The notes below the pieces were generated by a model. That model was not told where the DNA came from. It saw only the letters and a program-made list of their open reading frames with translations, and made no database searches. Below are positions 1-7,769 of a stretch of 64,000 nt of DNA, in pieces (the stretch's first letter is position 1; every line of letters starts with the position of its first letter). The position numbers and the translations under genes were made by a program. The stretch covers positions 194,358 to 258,357 of the IMG/VR virus record IMGVR_UViG_3300023083_000001; one strand, 5' to 3'.

Positions 1-132
1 ACGGCACTGCCAAGAACATCGCGGGTAGTCGTAAGTGTTTTCTTAACTGGTTGTGTTTGGGGAGCGAGTTGGACTTTGCAGTGCGTGAACATCTGTTGGA
101 TAACGCACCGGAAGGTTCGGTCGTGACAGAGA

Positions 133-633
133 TTGATCTGGTCTTTGACAAACCCCACCTACTCATTAGACATCATGTCCCGAGAACTGAAGATGAACCA
201 GGATTTGAAAGATATATTGAAAGATGCCGTCGGGAAGGGGAAACTATCCATCCAGAAGTCGACAAGCAATTGCGCTTCTTCCGATCTCTTGGATCGCCCG
301 GAGCATTCGTACTTGATCGTCGACGTTACCGGTCTCCAATTGACTAAGGTCAGCGATGAAGTGTTGGTTGATCAGGGGGTTATTCTCAGAGCAGCCTTGT
401 TGTACGAGTTTTACGATGTTGATACAGAGTGGAAGGCGTTGTGCGCCAAGACGCCTCCAGATTGTGATGAGATGTTCGATGTGGAAGAAACACTGAACAC
501 CTGGTTCTCCAATCAGATAGAAGGTATCAGTCTGCGGTTTGAGTTCATTACCGCGATGAGGCCTTACTATCCATCGGATGTTGTGGTGATGGGTGACTTT
601 GTATTAATCGAAATGACTGAAGGCGAAGACTGA
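133..633 (+). CDS. Small acidic hypothetical protein (left-end array); true start may be downstream
   Basis: 166-aa ORF, first of a tightly packed co-oriented run; ends in a hydrophobic beta-hairpin-like segment (VVVMGDFVLIEM). Confidence 0.75.
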   Translation: MIWSLTNPTYSLDIMSRELKMNQDLKDILKDAVGKGKLSIQKSTSNCASSDLLDRPEHSYLIVDVTGLQLTKVSDEVLVDQGVILRAALLYEFYDVDTEWKALCAKTPPDCDEMFDVEETLNTWFSNQIEGISLRFEFITAMRPYYPSDVVVMGDFVLIEMTEGED

Positions 634-638
634 GGTGT

Positions 639-1100
639 TTGATGAGTCGTGATGACGATACTGTCGATTTATATACACCGGCTCATCCACGATTACCTTT
701 ACGGGTAGGCGGTCGAGAACCGGTGTTGATGAGGATCGATACTGAGATAGCCGTTGCAGTGCAGAGTCTGACCGACTACTTCGATATATCGAAACACAAC
801 AACGTAATAGAAGGAACATTCAGTATCCTCCTGATAGCTTTGTTGCTTGAGCAAAGTGACGATGCGGTGGATGCGTTTGAAAGGATTATTACGCAGAATA
901 GAGTCAAACCCAGGATGGACGCTGACAAACTCTGGGGTGAATTCATGACCCTGATCTCGTTTTTCATCGATGTGTATGAAAACGATACGGTGTTGTTGGA
1001 AGAGCTGGAGATTTTATTACCCAGCGAAGTGCGTATTTTCCCTGAAGAAATATTTCAAGTCCGCTGGTCCAAAGGCGGCGACTACTTACTGATACAATAG
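639..1100 (+). CDS. Small acidic hypothetical protein (left-end array)
   Basis: 153-aa ORF with GAGGT SD upstream. Confidence 0.8.
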   Translation: MMSRDDDTVDLYTPAHPRLPLRVGGREPVLMRIDTEIAVAVQSLTDYFDISKHNNVIEGTFSILLIALLLEQSDDAVDAFERIITQNRVKPRMDADKLWGEFMTLISFFIDVYENDTVLLEELEILLPSEVRIFPEEIFQVRWSKGGDYLLIQ

Positions 1101-1108
1101 GAGGCGGT

Positions 1109-1522
1109 GTGAACAACCCACAGCTATTCATCGTCCCCATCGATAGACAGATGGTGGTGAGTCTTGGAACTGTCTGCAATCACCTACATTCTACTCACGA
1201 CCTGTCGTTCGAATCTCTGGACAGTATCCAACATGCGTTCATCGTAGCGTTGGCTGAATACTGGATCATGAGTGATTGGACAGGTCTGGAGTTCTTCCTT
1301 GAGTGTCTCAAGGAGTTGGAAGACGGGATGCTTAAAAGTCTGTGCGAAGTAATGATCAGACAGATGGCCGATGGCGATGTCCGGTACTACCCAAGGATGC
1401 GCGATGGGATCTACTCTCTGAAAGATGAGACCAAGTACATCACTCGTGGTTTTTACATCCAGGAAGGTAAAGTGGATGCTAGATCTCGCGCGCTGGCAGT
1501 TACGATTAGTTATGCAAAGTAA
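1109..1522 (+). CDS. Small hypothetical protein (left-end array)
   Basis: 137 aa; GTG start after AGGAGG. Confidence 0.8.
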   Translation: MNNPQLFIVPIDRQMVVSLGTVCNHLHSTHDLSFESLDSIQHAFIVALAEYWIMSDWTGLEFFLECLKELEDGMLKSLCEVMIRQMADGDVRYYPRMRDGIYSLKDETKYITRGFYIQEGKVDARSRALAVTISYAK

Positions 1523-1534
1523 TTCGAGGGCAAC

Positions 1535-1888
1535 ATGATTGAACATGAGCGCTATGTATTGTCGATCCAACCCTGCCATGGCGTTACTGATGACGCCATG
1601 GCGTCTATGCTGTCAAGCTGGGTAACGGGTACAGTTCACTCGCAACAATGGCTGACCCAAGATGCTATCCATGCGTTAATTACTAACCATCCGCTCAAAG
1701 GTTGTGATATCGAGAAGATGGCAGTGAGCGTACTGGATGCATTGGACGGTTGCGGTCTTTACAGTCACCTGCTGATGAAAGTCGAGGATTTGGATCTGGT
1801 GACCTGTCAAGTCAAAGGTAACCTGGCGTACCTGGAACTGGAGTGGAAGAAGCGAAATGAATCTGCCTATAGTTACCCAACAGCGTAG
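1535..1888 (+). CDS. Small hypothetical protein (left-end array)
   Basis: 117 aa; GAGGGG SD; overlaps the next gene. Confidence 0.78.
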   Translation: MIEHERYVLSIQPCHGVTDDAMASMLSSWVTGTVHSQQWLTQDAIHALITNHPLKGCDIEKMAVSVLDALDGCGLYSHLLMKVEDLDLVTCQVKGNLAYLELEWKKRNESAYSYPTA

Positions 1889-2231
1889 AAAGCCGATCAT
1901 CTTTTCGTTAAGAGATGATAAGCTCAATCGGTTCATCTCAACGATTGATCTGGATAACCATCTTCGAATCCTGGCGGGAATGTTAGAGGACTTCGTTCCA
2001 CTGTTCCCGTTCTCCACCTTCATGCTGGATTGGCCGCCATCCAAGATGTACCTCAAAGGGGCGGCTAAGGATTCCCCACTCAAAACCCTGTACGATGTTT
2101 TACAGGGACACTTATCCGAGAGTGGCTACCCAGTCACTGTACTCAGCACCATGGTGGTCCTGCATCATGAACCGTTCGACACCACCCTCATCGAAGCCTC
2201 GAGTACAGCTCGAGTCTGTTCTCTGCACTAA
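1857..2231 (+). CDS. Small hypothetical protein (left-end array)
   Basis: 124 aa, in the packed operon-like run. Confidence 0.72.
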   Translation: MNLPIVTQQRRKPIIFSLRDDKLNRFISTIDLDNHLRILAGMLEDFVPLFPFSTFMLDWPPSKMYLKGAAKDSPLKTLYDVLQGHLSESGYPVTVLSTMVVLHHEPFDTTLIEASSTARVCSLH

Positions 2232-2598
2232 CTCCGAATACGTCGTTATTGAAATCACCCGTGAAGTCAGGCGTTTCATCGACGCGGTTGATGGTTACGT
2301 GGAAGACCTCAGCTACAACATCGAAGGGATCATCAAAGCCTACAACCATTACCGCCACAGGAAGACCAACATCCGTGACCTAGATGACCTGGTTCCTGAG
2401 CTGCTGCATTCAAGCTTCGTCAAGAACGTAGAAGATGCAGAGAAGATTGCCAGCATAGCGCTTTACACATTCTACCCAGATATTGCAGCTGCGATTGTAG
2501 CCCATGGGTATTCCGCTGGACTTATCCATATGGTGAAAGTTCACACAACCCGTGATACACGTATGTCAAGTTGCGTATTGCTGCTGAAAGTTATCTAA
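2167..2598 (+). CDS. Small hypothetical protein (left-end array); start uncertain
   Basis: Frame open from 2095; ATG 2167 reduces the overlap with the upstream gene. Confidence 0.7.
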   Translation: MNRSTPPSSKPRVQLESVLCTNSEYVVIEITREVRRFIDAVDGYVEDLSYNIEGIIKAYNHYRHRKTNIRDLDDLVPELLHSSFVKNVEDAEKIASIALYTFYPDIAAAIVAHGYSAGLIHMVKVHTTRDTRMSSCVLLLKVI

Positions 2599-2607
2599 CC
2601 GGAGAAG

Positions 2608-2946
2608 ATGATGTCAAAACCATGTATCGTGGGTTACTGCCCCGAACTCTACGATGCTCTCCAGACGGTGGCGCATCAAGTACTCCCTTACGAACCAATT
2701 GACGAGTGGCCACCCCACGCTCGCCAATACAATGAAGAAGACCGGGACAAGCTGATCCGTCAGTTACTCCTAGGTCTTACAGATTCCGAAAAGTGTGACA
2801 GGGAACTGGAACACTACATCAACGTCCTCTTCGAGTCGATCAGCGATGATACCTTGAGGGGGTTGATCGAATTTGGCGCCATCGAGAAACTGATCATCAA
2901 CGATCGCGGCTATTATTTGGCCGTTGAAGGGGTAAGCTTTTTATGA
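2608..2946 (+). CDS. Small acidic hypothetical protein (left-end array)
   Basis: 112 aa; GGAG SD; ATGA overlap with the next gene. Confidence 0.78.
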   Translation: MMSKPCIVGYCPELYDALQTVAHQVLPYEPIDEWPPHARQYNEEDRDKLIRQLLLGLTDSEKCDRELEHYINVLFESISDDTLRGLIEFGAIEKLIINDRGYYLAVEGVSFL

Positions 2947-3335
2947 AACTCATTTCCACCAACATCGGCAAGACGATGACGTTCCAAACGTTTTCAGGTA
3001 TCAAGTACAGCAACCAGAAATTGGTCGCTCTGCTTGACGCCACGACGGTTGAAGCGTTAGGTCAGGATCCTATCGCAGGTCATATCCAAAACCTGCCGTA
3101 CATGAAGGATCCAAAGCCGGGTGCCTACACCGATTACCTGTACGCCAAGTTCACTGACGCTGACGGTACTCCTCTGTACCTCGGCATCCCGTGGACGGAT
3201 GAAGATTCCATTGTTCAGAACACTACGCCCAACTACGTCATCACGTTGGTCGGTCCTGAACAAGCGCAGGTTGACTCGTTGAAGTCCATGATGATCGCCA
3301 ATGGCATCGAGAACTTCACGATCAAAGCCGTATGA
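2943..3335 (+). CDS. Small conserved phiKZ-like protein, probably virion-associated (phiKZ gp49-like position)
   Basis: 130 aa directly upstream of the DNA polymerase gene; YLGIPW-DEDSI segment resembles the family as I recall it. Confidence 0.55.
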   Translation: MKLISTNIGKTMTFQTFSGIKYSNQKLVALLDATTVEALGQDPIAGHIQNLPYMKDPKPGAYTDYLYAKFTDADGTPLYLGIPWTDEDSIVQNTTPNYVITLVGPEQAQVDSLKSMMIANGIENFTIKAV

Positions 3336-3401
3336 CATACAGCTCACATCCCGCCTATTACAGGTCAGGGATGTGGGTCGTTATGCCCTACTGTTTTTTT
3401 T
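3335..3401 (+). terminator. Intrinsic terminator with CATA/TATG flanks
   Basis: Stem ctcacatccc (3343-3352) / gggatgtggg (3368-3377) followed by a T8 run. Confidence 0.7.
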
Positions 3402-3453
3402 GTTAACGATACGCCTACTGGTACATGAGACACATCCCTCGAGGAATCTGTAA

Positions 3454-5616
3454 ATGGCCGCATTGACTAACCCATTCCTTCTTCCGGTTGAGCAGTATCA
3501 ACGGGACATCGATATCAAGAAAGGTTATCTCCAACAAGTTGCTAAGTATCTGTCCTGCGCGCTGAAGAAGCCGTACAAGCAATGTCTGGAGTTTGTACTC
3601 AACGAAGTGAAGGACCGCAACAGCGAGTTCCGCTTCCGTGATCCAAAGATGTTGCAGTTGATCCGCAAAGGGGTTGGTGAGCGAGTTCAGGACGAAACTA
3701 CCTTTCTGGATTACGTTGACGCTATTATCGACACCGGTCGTATTGTTTCCCCCTCGCTTGTGGTCTACGAGCGTCCTGAGGTTGAGAAGTCTGTAACCGC
3801 TGAATGGCAAGATGAGAACATCAAAGCTCGTAAGCGTTCAAAGACTGCAATGTTTGAATTGAAACAACTCGGCGAATTGATGAAGTCGGCTTTGGCTGAC
3901 TATGACCAGAACGCCCGTAAGATCCGTATCAACTCCGTGTCGGGTATGCGCGGCTTTGAAGGTAACCCACTGTTTCTGGCATCGGGTCACTCCAGCCTGA
4001 CATCGATGTGTCGTGCTGCTGCTGGGTACGGTAACGGTACGGTTGAGCGTTTCCTGGCAGGCAGTCGTCATTATCACACGCCAGAGATTGCCAAAGCTAA
4101 CATCATGGCCATGATCACCATCGAAGACAAAGCTCGTTTCCTGGCTGTGATCTCCCGCTACAACCTGGTGTATCCAACAGTTGAAGATGTGGTTTCGATG
4201 ATCCGTCGGTCTACCGACCTGTACTGGGAAACTCCAGACGAGATGGATCTGATCGAAGAGATGGTCAAAGGCATGGATCAACTGGAACGGGCTATCGTCT
4301 GTTATTCAGGCGACATGTTCCACTTGGCTAAACTCAATCCAGAGATTGTGCGCGAGTTGTTTGGCGAGATGATTGCCATCAACATCGAAGACATGGATGA
4401 CGTGGACACTGCGGCTATCCTCAAAGGTCTGGACAGTACAGAGAAAGCGTACATCAACGCCCTGTGTGCTAACGTGCTTAAAGGTACGACCCTCAAACAA
4501 GTCCAGGCAAACAATCCAGCGGGCTGGCAGACGATCGGCAAGACAGCCCAACGCTTTATATGGGCCTGTCAGAAGTATCATCAGCTAATCAATACACTGT
4601 TCGCTCCGATGCACTTGCCGCCCACTGTGGCGTCTTTGAGAAGCATCCAGCGCCGTGTCTGTCTGGCAGCTGATACTGACTCCTCTATCTTCACTACTGA
4701 GTATTGGGTGGAGTGGTACACCGGACATCTGAAACGCGGAGAAGTCGAAGACCGCATTTGGTATCTGGCGACTTACATGGTTTGTCAGTGCATTGCTCAC
4801 TCACTCGCCATGTTGTCTGCTAACGTTGGTGTTGAGCGTTCACAGATCTTCCGTCTGGCCATGAAGAACGAGTATGCGTTCCCGCAGTTCGCACTCACCA
4901 ACTTGGCTAAGCACTACTATTCTACCATGTCGATGCGTGAAGGTAACGTATACGACGAGTTGGAGTTGGAGATCAAAGGTGTGGAGCTACGTGGGTCAAC
5001 GGTACCTAAGCACATCTTGAAAGCTGCCGAAGACCTGATGCGCAATACTTTGCACGCTATTGACCGGGGTGAGAAACTCAACGCCGGCAAGGTATTGGCA
5101 TTGGTAGCAAGTTATGAATTGGACACGGTGAAGTCGATCAAGCGCGGGGAATACACTTACCTGCGCAGTGCTCAGATCAAACCTGACAGTCCGAAGATGC
5201 CGTACCACGAACTGTGGCAGGATGTGTTTGGTCCTAAATACGGCATGAGTATCAACCCACCGTACCCATGTGTGAAAGTCACTACTGAACTGGGCAACAA
5301 AACCCAACTCAAGGAATGGCTGGACAACATGGAAGATAAAGAGCTGGCTGGCCGTATGGCAGCATGGCTCATCAAGTACAACCGTAAGGACCTGCCAACT
5401 GTCTTCTTGCCAACCATGGCGATCAAAGGCAAAGGTCTTCCTCTGGAGATTCAAGATGCTGCGAATGTTCGTAAACTGGCCTACCAGATCAACTCCGGTT
5501 TCTATCGCATCCTCGAATCCATGGGTCTACACATCGTCGACCGCAACAACTATCGACTGGTGTATGACTTTCTAAGACTCGACGATTCGGTCGATGCACC
5601 GGAGGTGGTTGTATGA
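3454..5616 (+). CDS. Family B DNA polymerase, C-terminal polymerase half (phiKZ gp50-like)
   Basis: 720 aa; motif B KIRINSVSG and motif C AADTDSSIF; no exonuclease or motif A, as expected for the split phiKZ-type polymerase. Confidence 0.9.
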   Translation: MAALTNPFLLPVEQYQRDIDIKKGYLQQVAKYLSCALKKPYKQCLEFVLNEVKDRNSEFRFRDPKMLQLIRKGVGERVQDETTFLDYVDAIIDTGRIVSPSLVVYERPEVEKSVTAEWQDENIKARKRSKTAMFELKQLGELMKSALADYDQNARKIRINSVSGMRGFEGNPLFLASGHSSLTSMCRAAAGYGNGTVERFLAGSRHYHTPEIAKANIMAMITIEDKARFLAVISRYNLVYPTVEDVVSMIRRSTDLYWETPDEMDLIEEMVKGMDQLERAIVCYSGDMFHLAKLNPEIVRELFGEMIAINIEDMDDVDTAAILKGLDSTEKAYINALCANVLKGTTLKQVQANNPAGWQTIGKTAQRFIWACQKYHQLINTLFAPMHLPPTVASLRSIQRRVCLAADTDSSIFTTEYWVEWYTGHLKRGEVEDRIWYLATYMVCQCIAHSLAMLSANVGVERSQIFRLAMKNEYAFPQFALTNLAKHYYSTMSMREGNVYDELELEIKGVELRGSTVPKHILKAAEDLMRNTLHAIDRGEKLNAGKVLALVASYELDTVKSIKRGEYTYLRSAQIKPDSPKMPYHELWQDVFGPKYGMSINPPYPCVKVTTELGNKTQLKEWLDNMEDKELAGRMAAWLIKYNRKDLPTVFLPTMAIKGKGLPLEIQDAANVRKLAYQINSGFYRILESMGLHIVDRNNYRLVYDFLRLDDSVDAPEVVV

Positions 5617-5837
5617 AAATGCCGACTCACCATGATAGAACGTTCTGGCAGTGGTTGTTGCGTAAACCGGCAGTTCGTATTGAACGCCGACCTTTACCAG
5701 CCACTGCCCCACTTGGCCCAGCCCCTGCACCGGAGTGCTCCAATGTCAGAAGAACAAGTTGTACCTGCATCACAGTTTCGATTAATTGCCACGTTTGCAC
5801 CGATCGACGGTGTAGTTCAGGCGATCTTCGAAGCTGA
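5613..5837 (+). CDS. Possible 74-aa protein translationally coupled to the polymerase gene
   Basis: ATGA overlap with the polymerase stop; GGAGGT at 5601-5606, 6 nt before the ATG. Confidence 0.4.
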   Translation: MKMPTHHDRTFWQWLLRKPAVRIERRPLPATAPLGPAPAPECSNVRRTSCTCITVSINCHVCTDRRCSSGDLRS

Positions 5838-6285
5838 CGATAACGATCAGCGTAAGTTGCTGGACGCTGCGTATCGCTACATGACGTCCATGCCTGATCT
5901 GGTGTTGAACAAGATCTACATCACCAACCTTAACAACGATCGTACGTTCAACGATCGACATGAAGCATTGCGCCAAACCCTGAGCTTCTGGGGTAAAGAC
6001 ACCCATGCAGGAATCGAATTGGATCCTGTTGACCCTGATCCGCTAGGAACCGCGCAGCGCATTATGGGGGTTATGAAAGAGGGTATCGTTGTATCAGATC
6101 CGCTTGGCGCGTTGGCTGAAGCGATATCTGAGGGAGAACGCACTCCACTCGATTATCCGATACTTCTCATGCGGGGTAACAAAATGGGCGCTCAAGAGAT
6201 TGCCGAGCAGCGCTCAACCCGTCTTCGCGGTGCAGACACAGGAATCCCTCAGATCGACGAGGCTGGGTTCTTGCCAAAAGAGTAA
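5743..6285 (+). CDS. Hypothetical protein (MSEEQVVPAS...)
   Basis: Frame open from 5632; ATG 5743 follows a GGAG SD. Confidence 0.75.
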   Translation: MSEEQVVPASQFRLIATFAPIDGVVQAIFEADDNDQRKLLDAAYRYMTSMPDLVLNKIYITNLNNDRTFNDRHEALRQTLSFWGKDTHAGIELDPVDPDPLGTAQRIMGVMKEGIVVSDPLGALAEAISEGERTPLDYPILLMRGNKMGAQEIAEQRSTRLRGADTGIPQIDEAGFLPKE

Positions 6286-6289
6286 ACGG

Positions 6290-6323
6290 CATACAGGGCG
6301 GGTTTCCCCGCCCTGGCTTTATG
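6290..6323. terminator. Hairpin between convergent genes (probable bidirectional terminator) with CATA/TATG flanks
   Basis: cagggcggg-tttc-cccgccctg (6294-6315). Confidence 0.7.
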
Positions 6324-7401
6324 CTGGAAGTTGACCAATTACCAGAATATCCAAACGTTCATTCAAGTACACCGCTTCGGCTGTTGTCAAGCCGTTACTC
6401 AGTGTCTTGTCTTCCTTAGACTGGATCAGGAAACGCTTGATAGCCGTGATCTCTTGCAATAGACGATCGTAGCCTGCGCGTTTACCAAACTCCAGTACCA
6501 CAGACGCCACTTCCATCTTCTGAGCAATCAGCGCCCAGATCACTTGGAAGGTCGGAGTCATCGAAGGAAACCCCACCGCTTGCAAGTAATTCTCACCGTA
6601 GACCGCTGGGATGCTGGAGAGGATCTGATTAGCCGTCATGGCTTTACCAGAGATCTTACTCACAGCGTCTGCAACAATCTCATCGGCGTGATGGTTGTTA
6701 TTGTTTTGCATGAAGGTCAAGTTCGTTCCTACAGGAGATGCGTACTTCAGACCCAACGCCACCTGCACCTTATTAAAGATCGCAACGTTCAAGTGACTCT
6801 TGAGTGCACCCACCAGAGGAACCGTAGTCAGGTATTCTTCCATGAGTTTACCAGGGTTAGCTGACTGCCACATCTTCCACTGAGCTGCCAGCAGAGGGAT
6901 GTCGATGTGAATGATCGCCAGACCTGGGTTCCTGATCACCATCTCGTTCTTCACACCCAGCTCAACGATGGTAGTATCACTCAGAGAGTGCTGGATGATT
7001 TCGATGGGGGTTACTGACTTCCAGTCACGCCACAGATCCATTGCAGTCCAGCGAGCACTCCTGGCGTAGACCACGATCTCTGGACACCCTGGATAGAAGT
7101 TACTGTCAGTAAAGATTCGACCTTTACTGAAGCTTGAGGTAATATCTAACGAGGAGCAGATATTCTTTGCGTTAACCTCAACCTTGGACATGTAGCTGAC
7201 AAGGTCGCCGTTGAACTCAACCGTGAGGGAGATCAGCAGCTTCATTAATAGGTGAGAACTGTCCAACCGTCCAGTCGATGTGGAACGCTGTTGGATCAGA
7301 CGCTGGTAGTTCAGATCGACCTGTTCTCTTAGGTAACCCATGCGGGCATACTGGAACGGCGAACGATCAGTAAAGTTGGAGGGGTTGAATAACTGATACA
7401 T
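6319..7401 (-). CDS. Conserved phiKZ-like protein, probably virion-associated (gp52-like position)
   Basis: 360 aa on the minus strand between the polymerase and chimallin genes; AGGGA SD. Confidence 0.7.
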   Translation of the reverse strand: MYQLFNPSNFTDRSPFQYARMGYLREQVDLNYQRLIQQRSTSTGRLDSSHLLMKLLISLTVEFNGDLVSYMSKVEVNAKNICSSLDITSSFSKGRIFTDSNFYPGCPEIVVYARSARWTAMDLWRDWKSVTPIEIIQHSLSDTTIVELGVKNEMVIRNPGLAIIHIDIPLLAAQWKMWQSANPGKLMEEYLTTVPLVGALKSHLNVAIFNKVQVALGLKYASPVGTNLTFMQNNNNHHADEIVADAVSKISGKAMTANQILSSIPAVYGENYLQAVGFPSMTPTFQVIWALIAQKMEVASVVLEFGKRAGYDRLLQEITAIKRFLIQSKEDKTLSNGLTTAEAVYLNERLDILVIGQLPA

Positions 7402-7569
7402 GTCCGTCCCTATTCGATGGTTATGTATAAAATTACGGAGGTACTACTATCTTATGTAATTAAACTTACAGCCTGCCTTCCAGCAGGTTATGCCGTAGTC
7501 TATTACCCAATCTGGTTTATTCATGGTATTGGCAGCGTAAAGAAAGTGGATCTAAAAAATCTACACTAA

Positions 7570-7585
7570 TACATTACCTACTTGA
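7570..7585 (+). promoter_or_regulatory. Putative early (virion RNAP) promoter
   Basis: TACATTAC-ctac-TTGA with an upstream A-tract; resembles the phiKZ early consensus TATATTAC; near-identical copy at 59847. Confidence 0.55.
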
Positions 7586-7769
7586 ATGAATACACTAGGT
7601 TGTTGAAGTTCGCCCGTTTAATACCCGGTGGTACGCCGGGGAGTCTAGGCCCGAGTGGCTCACGACGGTGGGTTATTCTTTACGGGAATCCCTGATGCGA
7701 TAGGGGTAACTGTACATCGGACAAATCCGTCCAGCAATCGCGAACATATGTTCCATTAAGGAGTGCTTC

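Noticed and set aside
51-347. 98-aa ORF overlapping 133-633
   Set aside because: It could be the end of a gene entering from outside the window, but it overlaps the next ORF by over 200 nt and cannot be supported here.
7437-7459. GGAGGT followed by ATG-TAA (start-stop minigene) in the divergent gap
   Set aside because: Single instance with 11-nt spacing in AT-rich DNA; plausible by chance.
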